Of a DNA stretch of 64,000 nucleotides, positions 53,175 to 62,288 are shown piece after piece (position 1 is the stretch's first letter; every line of letters begins with the position of its first letter). The stretch lies in contig CAYZCW010000010.1 in NCBI GenBank assembly GCA_964477035.1, positions 31,215 through 95,214 of the forward strand. Direction: 5' to 3'. The notes below the pieces were generated by a model. It saw only the letters and a list, made by a program, of their open reading frames with translations. It made no database searches and was not told where the DNA came from. The stretch is from an uncultured Bacteroidales bacterium (GTDB lineage Bacteria > Bacteroidota > Bacteroidia > Bacteroidales > UBA7960). The translations under genes were made by a program, and so were the position numbers.

Positions 53175-54287
53175 ATGATGAAGCAATCCAAAGGCAATAA
53201 GCGCCCTGCCGGTGAAGGCGCACGCAAGGGCCGGCAGGCCCCGGTCCGCAAGGCAGGTCCGCAGGGACGCGAATCCGCCGGGCCGGACAAGACAAGGCAG
53301 CGGCCGGCCGCTGCCCCGGGAAGGCGCACGCCCTCCGGCGCGACAGGGCCTTCCACCGGGCGCACGGGAACGGCCGGCGGCACCGGACGACCGGCGGCGG
53401 GCAAAGGCAGGCCCGCGGCAGCCCCGGGCAGGCCGGCTGCAGGCAGGGGACGGCCCGCGGCGGCATCAGAAGGACGGCCGGCAGCGGGGGCCAGGCGGCC
53501 CCCAGCAGGCAAGGGAAGGCCGTTCCCGGCCAAAGGGCGGCCGGCAGCAGGCAAAGGCAGACCTGGGCCGGTGGACGACACCATCCGGCTTAACCGCTAC
53601 ATCGCCAATGCCGGGGTCTGTTCCCGGCGTGAGGCCGATGTGCTGATCACCGCCGGGGCCATCACCGTGAACGGCAAGGTCATCACCGAGCTGGGCACCA
53701 AGATCCATCCCGGCGATACCGTGCTGTACGGAAAGCAGCGGCTGGTGAACGAGAAGAAGGTCTATGTGCTTCTGAACAAACCCAAGGATTATATCACCAC
53801 ATCCGACGATCCCCAGGAAAGAAAAACAGTGCTGGAGCTTGTTCAAAACGCCTGCCGGGAACGCATCTACCCCGTGGGCAGGCTCGACCGCAACACCACC
53901 GGGCTGCTCTTGCTGACCAACGATGGGGAGATGACCAAGCGGCTGACCCACCCGAAGCACGGGGTCAAGAAGCTCTACCACGTGCAGCTCGACAAGAAAG
54001 TGACCCGCAGCGACCTGGAGAAAATCGCCGAAGGTGTCCGCCTCGACGACACGGTGGTTGTGCCGGACCAGGTGGCCTGGGCCGGGCCCGAGGGGCAGAA
54101 AAACGAGGTGGGTATCGAACTGCATTCGGGACAGAACCGGGTGGTGCGGCGCATCTTCGAGCAGCTGGGCTATCAGGTGGTCAAGCTGGACCGGGTGTCT
54201 TTTGCCGGGCTGACCAAGAAGGACCTGCCCCGCGGCAAGTGGCGCCACCTGACCGAAAAAGAAATCAGCTTCCTTAAAATGCTGTAA
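53175..54287 (+). CDS. S4-domain rRNA pseudouridine synthase (RsuA/RluB family) with long basic N-terminal extension
   Basis: RLNRYIANAGVCSRREAD, LNKP and GRLDRNTTGLLLLTND motifs. Confidence 0.93.
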   Translation: MMKQSKGNKRPAGEGARKGRQAPVRKAGPQGRESAGPDKTRQRPAAAPGRRTPSGATGPSTGRTGTAGGTGRPAAGKGRPAAAPGRPAAGRGRPAAASEGRPAAGARRPPAGKGRPFPAKGRPAAGKGRPGPVDDTIRLNRYIANAGVCSRREADVLITAGAITVNGKVITELGTKIHPGDTVLYGKQRLVNEKKVYVLLNKPKDYITTSDDPQERKTVLELVQNACRERIYPVGRLDRNTTGLLLLTNDGEMTKRLTHPKHGVKKLYHVQLDKKVTRSDLEKIAEGVRLDDTVVVPDQVAWAGPEGQKNEVGIELHSGQNRVVRRIFEQLGYQVVKLDRVSFAGLTKKDLPRGKWRHLTEKEISFLKML

Positions 54288-54308
54288 GTTTTTTTCCGTT
54301 AATGATGT

Positions 54309-56912
54309 ATGGGTAAAAGGGTCACGCAGCAAAAACGGCTCGCCATACAGTTCATCAGACTGGCAGCCCTGTCGGGAGGGGTATTCCTCCTGGCACTCCT
54401 GTTGCTTTTAACCGCTCTGGGCTTCATCTACCAGGAACGGATCAAAACCCTCTTCATCGATGCCCTCAACCAGCAGCTGACCACCGAGATCCAGGTCGGG
54501 GAGGTCCGACTCGGGCTGGTGCGCAGCTTTCCCCTGGCATCCCTTTCGTTCCATGATGTCACTATCCCGGGAAGCGGCACCGGACCCACATCCGACAACC
54601 TGCTGCAGGCCCGCCGGGTGCTGGTACAGTTCCGGATTATGGACCTGCTGCGGCGCAACCATACCATCCGGCAGATCACCATCGAGAGGGGCCATGCCCA
54701 TCCGACGATACTTGAAGACGGCAGCACCAATTTCGACCTGTTTGCGCGGCGCGGCGACCGGGCGGAAGTCGAGGGCTTGCAGCTGGAACTGCAGCGGGTC
54801 GTGGTGCGTGACATGGACCTGCTGTTCCGGGATGCCACAAGCGGATTGGAGGCCGACCTGGCCGTCGCCCAGGCTTTGCTCGGGGGGCGGTTCAGCCAGC
54901 AGCTGTATACGCTGACGGCCACAGGGGACCTGCACGCCAGGAGCCTGGTGGTGGATGGGCTTTCGCTGCTCAGGGACCGGCCCGTCGGACTGGACCTGGC
55001 CCTGGAGGTCAGGGACCACTCAGAATTTCACTTTACAAAGGGCCGGCTTGCCGTCAGCCGCCAGGAGTTCGGACTCGCCGGCAGCATCCGCCAGACGGAA
55101 GAAGGGCTGCTGTTCGACGCCAGCGTGAACGGCACCAGGCTTTCCATGCAGCACCTGCTGGAGGGCCTGCCCGCGAACTGGGGCCGTTACCTGGACGGCT
55201 ACCGGGGCAAGGGCGACCTGGGCTTCTCCGGCACCTTGCAGGGCCTGTGGACCCAGTCGCGGGTCCCGCGAATGGACGCCACCTTCGAAGTGAGCGGGGC
55301 CGAACTCAGCCACCCCGCCTCCGGTCTGCAGCTCAAGGACCTGAACTTTTCCGGGCGCTTCGACAACGGGGAGGCACGCCGGGCCGAGACCACGAGCATA
55401 CATCTCAGCGGACTGCAGGCAACCGTGACCGACGGGGTCCTTCGTGGCAGCGGGGGCATACGCAACCTGAAAACACCCTATATCGACCTGCAGCTTTATG
55501 CCGACATGAATGCCCGCGAGCTGGTGCAGCTGCTGCGCCTGGACGCCGTCAGGGAGGCCACGGGAAGGATCCTGGCGGATGTCAGCTTCCAGGGCGGCAT
55601 GAGCCACCGCGACCGCTTCACCGGGCAGGACCTGGTCAAGGCCCGGGCCACGGGGAGCATCACCGCCCGGGAGCTGGGGTTCCGGCTGCGGGACAACCTG
55701 TTGTCCTATCATGCTTTCAACGGGAACCTGCAGTTTAGAAACAACGACCTGATGATCGAGTCCTTCTCCGGCCGGGCCGGCGTCAGCGACTTCACCGTCA
55801 GCGGCTACTTCCGAAACGTGTTGCCTTATATGTTCCTGCCGGATGAAACCCTGGGGATGATCGCCACCCTGCATGCCGACCGCCTGGATTTCGACGAGCT
55901 GCTGCAGGCAGAAGTCAGTGAGGCCGACACCACCTACCGGCTGAGGCTGTCAGACCGGCTGGGCTTCGAGCTCGACGCCCGGGTGGGCTCCCTTCGCTTC
56001 CGCAAGTTCGAGGCCTCCGGCATCTCCGGCACCGCGAGCCTGCAGAACCAGCGCTTCTACGCCGAAGACGTGCGGTTCCAGTCCATGAACGGCACCGTGC
56101 AGGCCAAGGCCTTCATCGACGGCACCCGGACCGACCGGCTGGTCATCGGGGCCGACGCCCACCTGAGCCGGGTGGACGTCCACCAATTGTTCTATCAGAT
56201 GGGCAACTTCGGGCAGACAGGCATCCTGGACGAGAACATCTTCGGGGTAATGACGGCCGATGTGCAGTTCTCCTCCCTCTGGTCCCCCGCCCTGGACATC
56301 GACTGGGGCAGCCTCACCACCCAGGCACGCATCCGGATCGAGGACGGGGTGCTGGTGGACTACGAGCCCATGATCGCCCTGTCGCGCTTCCTCAGGGTGG
56401 ACGACCTGGGCCGCGTGACCTTCTCCACCCTGGAAAACCAGATCGCCATCCGCAACCGCATGATATACATTCCCGAGATGGAGATCCGATCCAGCGCCCT
56501 GAACCTGCAGCTGTCGGGCGAGCACAGCTTCGGGAACGACATCGACTACCGGCTGCAGATCCTGCTCGCGGAGCTGCTGGCCAGGAAAAACAGGGAAAGG
56601 CGCAACCCCCAGGAACAGTACGGGGACATCATCGACGACGGCCTGGGGCGGACGACCCTCTTCCTTCGCGTGACGGGGCCACTGAGCGATCCGGTGTTCC
56701 GTTACGACCACCAGGGGGTCAGGGAAAAGATCCGGGACGACCTGCGGCAGGAGGGGCAGAACCTGCTGGATGTGTTCCGCCGGGAGTTCGGCATCTTCCA
56801 GCGCCCGGGACGCGACACCACGGGGGAGCCGGCCAACCCGAGGCGCCGGGAAATGGAGCGCATCCGCAAGCAGGAAGAAGGCAAGATGGTCATCGAATGG
56901 GAGGATCTTTAG
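54309..56912 (+). CDS. AsmA-like (TamB/YhdP superfamily) envelope protein
   Basis: N-terminal TM anchor and about 800 aa of beta-strand pattern; IYIPEMEIRSS...SGEHSF C-terminal region. Confidence 0.82.
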   Translation: MGKRVTQQKRLAIQFIRLAALSGGVFLLALLLLLTALGFIYQERIKTLFIDALNQQLTTEIQVGEVRLGLVRSFPLASLSFHDVTIPGSGTGPTSDNLLQARRVLVQFRIMDLLRRNHTIRQITIERGHAHPTILEDGSTNFDLFARRGDRAEVEGLQLELQRVVVRDMDLLFRDATSGLEADLAVAQALLGGRFSQQLYTLTATGDLHARSLVVDGLSLLRDRPVGLDLALEVRDHSEFHFTKGRLAVSRQEFGLAGSIRQTEEGLLFDASVNGTRLSMQHLLEGLPANWGRYLDGYRGKGDLGFSGTLQGLWTQSRVPRMDATFEVSGAELSHPASGLQLKDLNFSGRFDNGEARRAETTSIHLSGLQATVTDGVLRGSGGIRNLKTPYIDLQLYADMNARELVQLLRLDAVREATGRILADVSFQGGMSHRDRFTGQDLVKARATGSITARELGFRLRDNLLSYHAFNGNLQFRNNDLMIESFSGRAGVSDFTVSGYFRNVLPYMFLPDETLGMIATLHADRLDFDELLQAEVSEADTTYRLRLSDRLGFELDARVGSLRFRKFEASGISGTASLQNQRFYAEDVRFQSMNGTVQAKAFIDGTRTDRLVIGADAHLSRVDVHQLFYQMGNFGQTGILDENIFGVMTADVQFSSLWSPALDIDWGSLTTQARIRIEDGVLVDYEPMIALSRFLRVDDLGRVTFSTLENQIAIRNRMIYIPEMEIRSSALNLQLSGEHSFGNDIDYRLQILLAELLARKNRERRNPQEQYGDIIDDGLGRTTLFLRVTGPLSDPVFRYDHQGVREKIRDDLRQEGQNLLDVFRREFGIFQRPGRDTTGEPANPRRREMERIRKQEEGKMVIEWEDL

Positions 56913-56915
56913 GCC

Positions 56916-57734
56916 ATGATCGCATTCCCCCACGCCAAAATCAACCTCGGACTGCATGTGATTTGCAAGCGGGCCGACGGCTTTCACGAGATCGAGACCG
57001 TCATGATTCCCGTCGGATGGTGTGACCTTCTGGAGGCGGTCCCTGCCGGCACAGGCCACTTGACCATGAGCGGCCTGCCCATCCCGGATGACGGCCGGCC
57101 CAACCTCTGTCTGCAGGCCGTGGAGCTGGTCCGCGCGCACCGGCCCTCCCTGCCTCCGGTTCATATCTTCCTGCACAAGCAGATCCCCACGGGGGCCGGG
57201 CTGGGCGGCGGCAGCGCCGATGCCGCCCGCACCCTGGTGTTGCTGAACGATCTTATGGATCTGAAGTTTTCGGTCAGTGAACTCAAGGAGATGGCCGCCC
57301 GGCTGGGCAGCGACTGCCCGTTTTTCGTCACCGGGCGCCCGGCTCTGGCGCGGGGACGGGGCGAGCTGCTGCAGCCGATTGAAGTGCCCGCATTGAAAGG
57401 GCTGTCTGTGCTGATCGCCTGTCCCCCCATCCACATCTCCACGGCCCGGGCCTATGAGGGGCTGAATCCGCGCCCGCCGGCCGAACCCCTGGAGGACATA
57501 CTCGCAGGGGCGATCGGTTCCTGGCCGGGCAGGCTGGTCAACGATTTTGAGGAGGTGGCCATGCGGGAGCACCCCAGGATACTGCAGATCAGGGAGGCGC
57601 TCTACCGGCAGGGCGCACTGTATGCCTCCATGAGCGGGAGCGGCCCGGCCGTATTCGGGCTGTTCCGCGACCTGCCCGGAGGGGATCCCGCCAGCCTGTT
57701 TCCGGACTGCCGGACCTGGGCCGGGCCGCTCTAG
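56916..57734 (+). CDS. ispE: 4-diphosphocytidyl-2-C-methyl-D-erythritol kinase
   Basis: AKINLGL, IPTGAGLGGGSADAA and SMSGSG motifs. Confidence 0.96.
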   Translation: MIAFPHAKINLGLHVICKRADGFHEIETVMIPVGWCDLLEAVPAGTGHLTMSGLPIPDDGRPNLCLQAVELVRAHRPSLPPVHIFLHKQIPTGAGLGGGSADAARTLVLLNDLMDLKFSVSELKEMAARLGSDCPFFVTGRPALARGRGELLQPIEVPALKGLSVLIACPPIHISTARAYEGLNPRPPAEPLEDILAGAIGSWPGRLVNDFEEVAMREHPRILQIREALYRQGALYASMSGSGPAVFGLFRDLPGGDPASLFPDCRTWAGPL

Positions 57735-57821
57735 GCAGGCACACCGGTCTTTGCGGTATGGTTTTTTTTATGCATTTTTGTGGGCGACAAACCCATCCGA
57801 CAATAAAAAAAACCAAAACCC

Positions 57822-59882
57822 ATGCGAAAGACTGTATTGTTCCTTGCCCTGCTGGCCCTGCTGGTGCCGGCGACCGGTGCGGCAGGCGACGTGCTGACCC
57901 CCCGGAATCTGTTCGAGCTGCGGTCGGTGGCCGAAGTGGCCGTATCCCCCGACCAGGAATACATCGCCTTCACCCTGAACGTGCCCAGGCCCTTTACCCA
58001 TGAGGCCGGGGGGGACTACAGGGAATTGTATGTCTATGAGGTCAGCAGCGGGGAGGTCATCCCCTTCATGACCGGGGCCCGCTCCGTGTTTGGACTGGGC
58101 TGGACGCCATCGGGGCATGCGGTGACCTTCCGCGCCAACCTGCCGCAGCAGGCCGGCACCCAGGTATATGCCATGCGGCTGAGGGGAGGCGAGGCCTACC
58201 CTCTGACCCGGCACGACGGGGGGGTAAGCAGCTACGCCTTCATCGACGAGCACACCCTGGCCATTGTCTCTGCGGAGGCCGGTGACCCGGATCAGGCGCG
58301 GTTGCGACAGAAGGGTTTCGACATCGAAGTGTACGAAGAAGAATGGCGCCACCTGAACCTGTACCGATACGACCTGCAGGCCCATGAAGCCCGGCAGCTC
58401 ACCCGCGGGGTCACGGTCTACGACTTCGTCCTGAGCCCCGACGGGAATTACGCGGCAGCCGCCATCGCGCCCCGCAACCTGGTCGACGACAGCTATATGT
58501 TCAAACGCATCCACCTGGTGGACATGCACACGGGCGAAACGACCCTGATCATGGAAAACCCCGGCAAGCTGGGCAACATGGCCTGGAGCCCGGACGGCAG
58601 CAAACTGGCTTTCCGCTCGGCCAGCAAGCTGGAGGACGCAGTGGTGGGCAGCCTGTTCGTGATGGATGTGCCGACCGATAAGGATTTCGGGGCATTGCCC
58701 AACCTGGTGGCAGGCATGGAGCTGTCGGTGATCGACTTCGCCTGGCAGGATGACCACACCTTATTGTATGCCGCGGAGGAAGGCGTCGACATCGTGCTGA
58801 GCCGTCAATCCATCCGCCCTGCCCAGGGAGGCACCCCGGAGGGCAACGGCTTCCCGGAGCGGGAAGTGCTGATCGATCCGGCCACCATCTTCTTCTCCGG
58901 ATTCAGCCTCGCCGGCAGCTGGGTGGCCTTCTCCGGCAATACGGCAGAGCACCCGGGAGAAGTGTTCACCTTCGACCTGGAGACGGGCGACCTGGTCCGG
59001 CATACGGACCATAACCCCTGGCTGGCGGACATCCGCCTCGGCCAGCAGCGCAAGCTGGTATACGACGCCAGGGACGGCCAGGACATCGAAGGGGTGCTGA
59101 TGTACCCGCTCGATTATGAGGAGGGCAGGTCTTATCCCCTGATCGTCTACATCCACGGCGGTCCCGAGGCCGCCGTGAAGAACGGCTGGAACACGGGCTA
59201 CAACACCTGGGGGCAGGTGGCCGCCGCCCGCGGCTACTTCGTCTTCATGCCCAACTACCGGGCCAGCTCCGGCAGGGGCGTCGACTTCACCATGGCGGGC
59301 TACGGAGACCTGTTGGGGGTGGAATACGAGGACGTGCTCGACGGCATCGACCACCTGGTGGACATCGGCTATGTGGACCGTGAGCGCGTGGGCATGGGCG
59401 GGGGCTCATACGGCGGCTATTTCTCCGCCTGGTCGGCCACCCGCTATTCCGACCGCTTCGCGGCGGCCGTGGTCTTCGTGGGCATTACCAACCAGATCTC
59501 CAAGCGCAACACCGGTGACATTCCCTGGGAGGACTACTACGTGCATTGGGGCTATTGGACCAGGGATGACTGGGAGGACGTGTACAGCCGCAGCCCGGTT
59601 AAGTACGCCGACCAGAACGTGACCCCCACCCTGATCCTGCACGGCTACGAGGACCCGAGGGTCCCGCCCTCCCAGGGTCTGGAGCTATACCGCGAACTGA
59701 AGCTGCATGGCAGCGCGCCTGTGCGGCTGATCTGGTACAAGGGGGAAGGCCACGGCAACCGACGCAATGTGCACCGACTGGATTACCTGGTGCGGACCAT
59801 GGAGTGGTTCGATCACTACCTGAGGCTGGACGGGCCCAGGGATGAGATGCCGCCCAAATACCCGGATCACGGCGTGTGGTAA
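57822..59882 (+). CDS. Secreted S9 family peptidase
   Basis: Signal peptide; beta-propeller (SPD/WSPDG) repeats; HGGP, GGSYGG nucleophile, DPRVP and EGHG motifs. Confidence 0.94.
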   Translation: MRKTVLFLALLALLVPATGAAGDVLTPRNLFELRSVAEVAVSPDQEYIAFTLNVPRPFTHEAGGDYRELYVYEVSSGEVIPFMTGARSVFGLGWTPSGHAVTFRANLPQQAGTQVYAMRLRGGEAYPLTRHDGGVSSYAFIDEHTLAIVSAEAGDPDQARLRQKGFDIEVYEEEWRHLNLYRYDLQAHEARQLTRGVTVYDFVLSPDGNYAAAAIAPRNLVDDSYMFKRIHLVDMHTGETTLIMENPGKLGNMAWSPDGSKLAFRSASKLEDAVVGSLFVMDVPTDKDFGALPNLVAGMELSVIDFAWQDDHTLLYAAEEGVDIVLSRQSIRPAQGGTPEGNGFPEREVLIDPATIFFSGFSLAGSWVAFSGNTAEHPGEVFTFDLETGDLVRHTDHNPWLADIRLGQQRKLVYDARDGQDIEGVLMYPLDYEEGRSYPLIVYIHGGPEAAVKNGWNTGYNTWGQVAAARGYFVFMPNYRASSGRGVDFTMAGYGDLLGVEYEDVLDGIDHLVDIGYVDRERVGMGGGSYGGYFSAWSATRYSDRFAAAVVFVGITNQISKRNTGDIPWEDYYVHWGYWTRDDWEDVYSRSPVKYADQNVTPTLILHGYEDPRVPPSQGLELYRELKLHGSAPVRLIWYKGEGHGNRRNVHRLDYLVRTMEWFDHYLRLDGPRDEMPPKYPDHGVW

Positions 59883-59962
59883 GTTCTGCCTGCCCTTTCC
59901 GTCCGGCATCCCATTCTTAAAAAACCCACAGATTGACACCATAATAACACCACCGCATTCAT

Positions 59963-61510
59963 ATGCCCAGTTTCACAGAACGCTTCAAGCAAGGCTCTAA
60001 AAAAGCCTTCAGCCGCTCGCTCGATGTCATCGAGACCGTGGGCAACAGGCTGCCCCATCCGGCCACCATCTTTGCCATGCTGGCCGGCATCGTCATCCTC
60101 ATCTCCGCCATCTCCTGGTACCTGAACGTATCGGCCGTCCACCCGGTCGACGGCAGCGTGGTCGGGGTGAATAACCTGCTGAGCGGGGACGGGATTCGCT
60201 GGATGTACACCAACATCCTGAACAATTTCCTGCGCTTCCCGCCCCTTGGCTACGTGCTGGTGGTCATGGTCGGCATCGGGCTGGCCGAAGGCACCGGGCT
60301 GTTTGCCGTGCTGATCCGCTCCCTGGTGCTGGGCGCCCCGCCCCGGCTGATCACCGTGGCCGTGGTCCTGGCCGGCATCATCTCCGGCCTGGCCGTGGAG
60401 GCCGGCTATGTGATCCTCATCCCCCTGGGGGCCATGATCTTTCACGGCCTGGGCAGGCATCCCATGGCCGGACTGGCGGCGGCATTCTGCGGCGTGAGCG
60501 GCGGCTTCGGGGCCAACTTCGTCATCGGCTCCATCGATCCGATCCTGGCGGGGATATCCACCTCGGCGGCCCAGCTGATCGACCCTGACATGGTGGTGAA
60601 CCCGGCCGTCAACTACTACTTCATGATCGCCTCCAGTTTCGTGGTCCTTTTCGTGGGAACCTGGGTCACCGACCGCATCGTGGAACCCCGCCTGGGCAAA
60701 TACGAGGGCACAACCGAGCGCTTTGCCATCGAGCAGCTGACCCCCAGGGAGAAAAAGGGCCTGCGCTGGGCCGGGATCTCCGTGCTGCTGTTCGCCGGGC
60801 TGCTGGCCCTGACGGTCATCCCTGCCAACGGGCTGTTCCGCGACCCGGCCACCGGCAGCGTGTTGCACTCCCCCTTCTTCGACGGCATCATCATCGGCAT
60901 CCTGCTGTTCTTCTTCGTCCCGGCCCTGGTGTACGGGTGGATCGTGGGCACCGTCCGCAACGACAAGGACGTGATGAAGCACATCATCAAGTCCATGAGC
61001 GGGATGGGCTCCTACATCGTGCTGGTGTTCTTCGCGGCCCAGTTTGTGTACTTCTTCAACCACTCCAACCTCGGACTGATCATTGCCATCAAGGGAGCCG
61101 CCGGGCTGCGCGATATCGGCCTGACCGGACCGGTGCTGATCGCTGCCTTCGTGCTGCTGTCGGCCTTCATCAACCTGTTCATGGGCAGCGCCAGCGCCAA
61201 GTGGGCCATCATCGCCCCGGTATTCATCCCCATGCTGATGCTCCTGGACAACGCCTACCACCCGGGCCTCACCCAGGCCGCCTTCCGCATCGGGGACTCC
61301 CTCACCAACCTGGTCACCCCCATGATGAGCTACTTCGCCCTGATCGTCACCTTCGCCCAGAAATACGATGAGAAATACGGCATCGGCACGATCATCTCCA
61401 CCATGATCCCCTATACCGTGTTCCTCACGATCGTGTGGATCGGGGTCCTCATGCTCTGGGTATGGCTCGGCATTCCTTTGGGGCCCGACGGACCCATTTA
61501 CATCAACTGA
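59963..61510 (+). CDS. AbgT family transporter
   Basis: GNRLPHP, GRHPMAG, GSASAKW and RIGDSLTN motifs. Confidence 0.95.
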   Translation: MPSFTERFKQGSKKAFSRSLDVIETVGNRLPHPATIFAMLAGIVILISAISWYLNVSAVHPVDGSVVGVNNLLSGDGIRWMYTNILNNFLRFPPLGYVLVVMVGIGLAEGTGLFAVLIRSLVLGAPPRLITVAVVLAGIISGLAVEAGYVILIPLGAMIFHGLGRHPMAGLAAAFCGVSGGFGANFVIGSIDPILAGISTSAAQLIDPDMVVNPAVNYYFMIASSFVVLFVGTWVTDRIVEPRLGKYEGTTERFAIEQLTPREKKGLRWAGISVLLFAGLLALTVIPANGLFRDPATGSVLHSPFFDGIIIGILLFFFVPALVYGWIVGTVRNDKDVMKHIIKSMSGMGSYIVLVFFAAQFVYFFNHSNLGLIIAIKGAAGLRDIGLTGPVLIAAFVLLSAFINLFMGSASAKWAIIAPVFIPMLMLLDNAYHPGLTQAAFRIGDSLTNLVTPMMSYFALIVTFAQKYDEKYGIGTIISTMIPYTVFLTIVWIGVLMLWVWLGIPLGPDGPIYIN

Positions 61511-61516
61511 TGTGCG

Positions 61517-61546
61517 AAAAAAAGCCGGTCGATGACCGGCTTTTTT
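61517..61546. terminator. Bidirectional intrinsic terminator after abgT
   Basis: A7-GCCGGTC-gat-GACCGGC-T6. Confidence 0.9.
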
Positions 61547-62288
61547 GTTCTATCCCCGCCGCTGACAGGGTCTTGCACCCATAGGACAGGGTTTTTCCAC
61601 CGGCATGCAAATGCTAATATTGTACCACATAAGACAAGCAACATACGTACATGAAAACAGGGGATTTCCTTGCGGACTACACAGAACCCCGGGATTTTCA
61701 CGTACAGACAAAGATATTGTATATATTTTTTCCTAATTATATGTAGCTTGGTTATTTTGTAGCTCCGCAAACAGCGGCTTTTCCCCGTCGAAACCTCGTT
61801 TTCTGCCTTTTTGTCGATTCCCGCCGTCTCGATTACGGATTTTTCTTCGCGAGGTTACAGTTTTTTGTAAAAAAACGACGATTTGGCCATTTGGGCCTTG
61901 TCTAAAGAAAATTGGCGGCGTCCCCCAAAAACTTTTGTGAGGTTATTTCACTGTTTATGTGTTATTTACAAAGGCTACATGCACGGATCATTCCACTTGT
62001 TTTTATTCAGTCTATATATAAATTGTAAGAAAAAGTACGTACTGAATTTTTGAATATTAAGTGGTTCTACGTGTGAAAAAACCTGCTCATTAGGTATTTT
62101 ACACAATTGCGCAGGGCTTGTTTTATCCTCAATTTTGTATCAAGAAAATTGTATCAAAAATAAGATTTTATGCAGGCCGGCTGGCAGGAGGTGTTTTTGA
62201 ATCCCGGAATCACTCTTTGAATTAAGCAACCAGGCCCTGCATCCACCAGGCCACGAACGAAAAACCATTGAATTTAAACCATAGCCTT

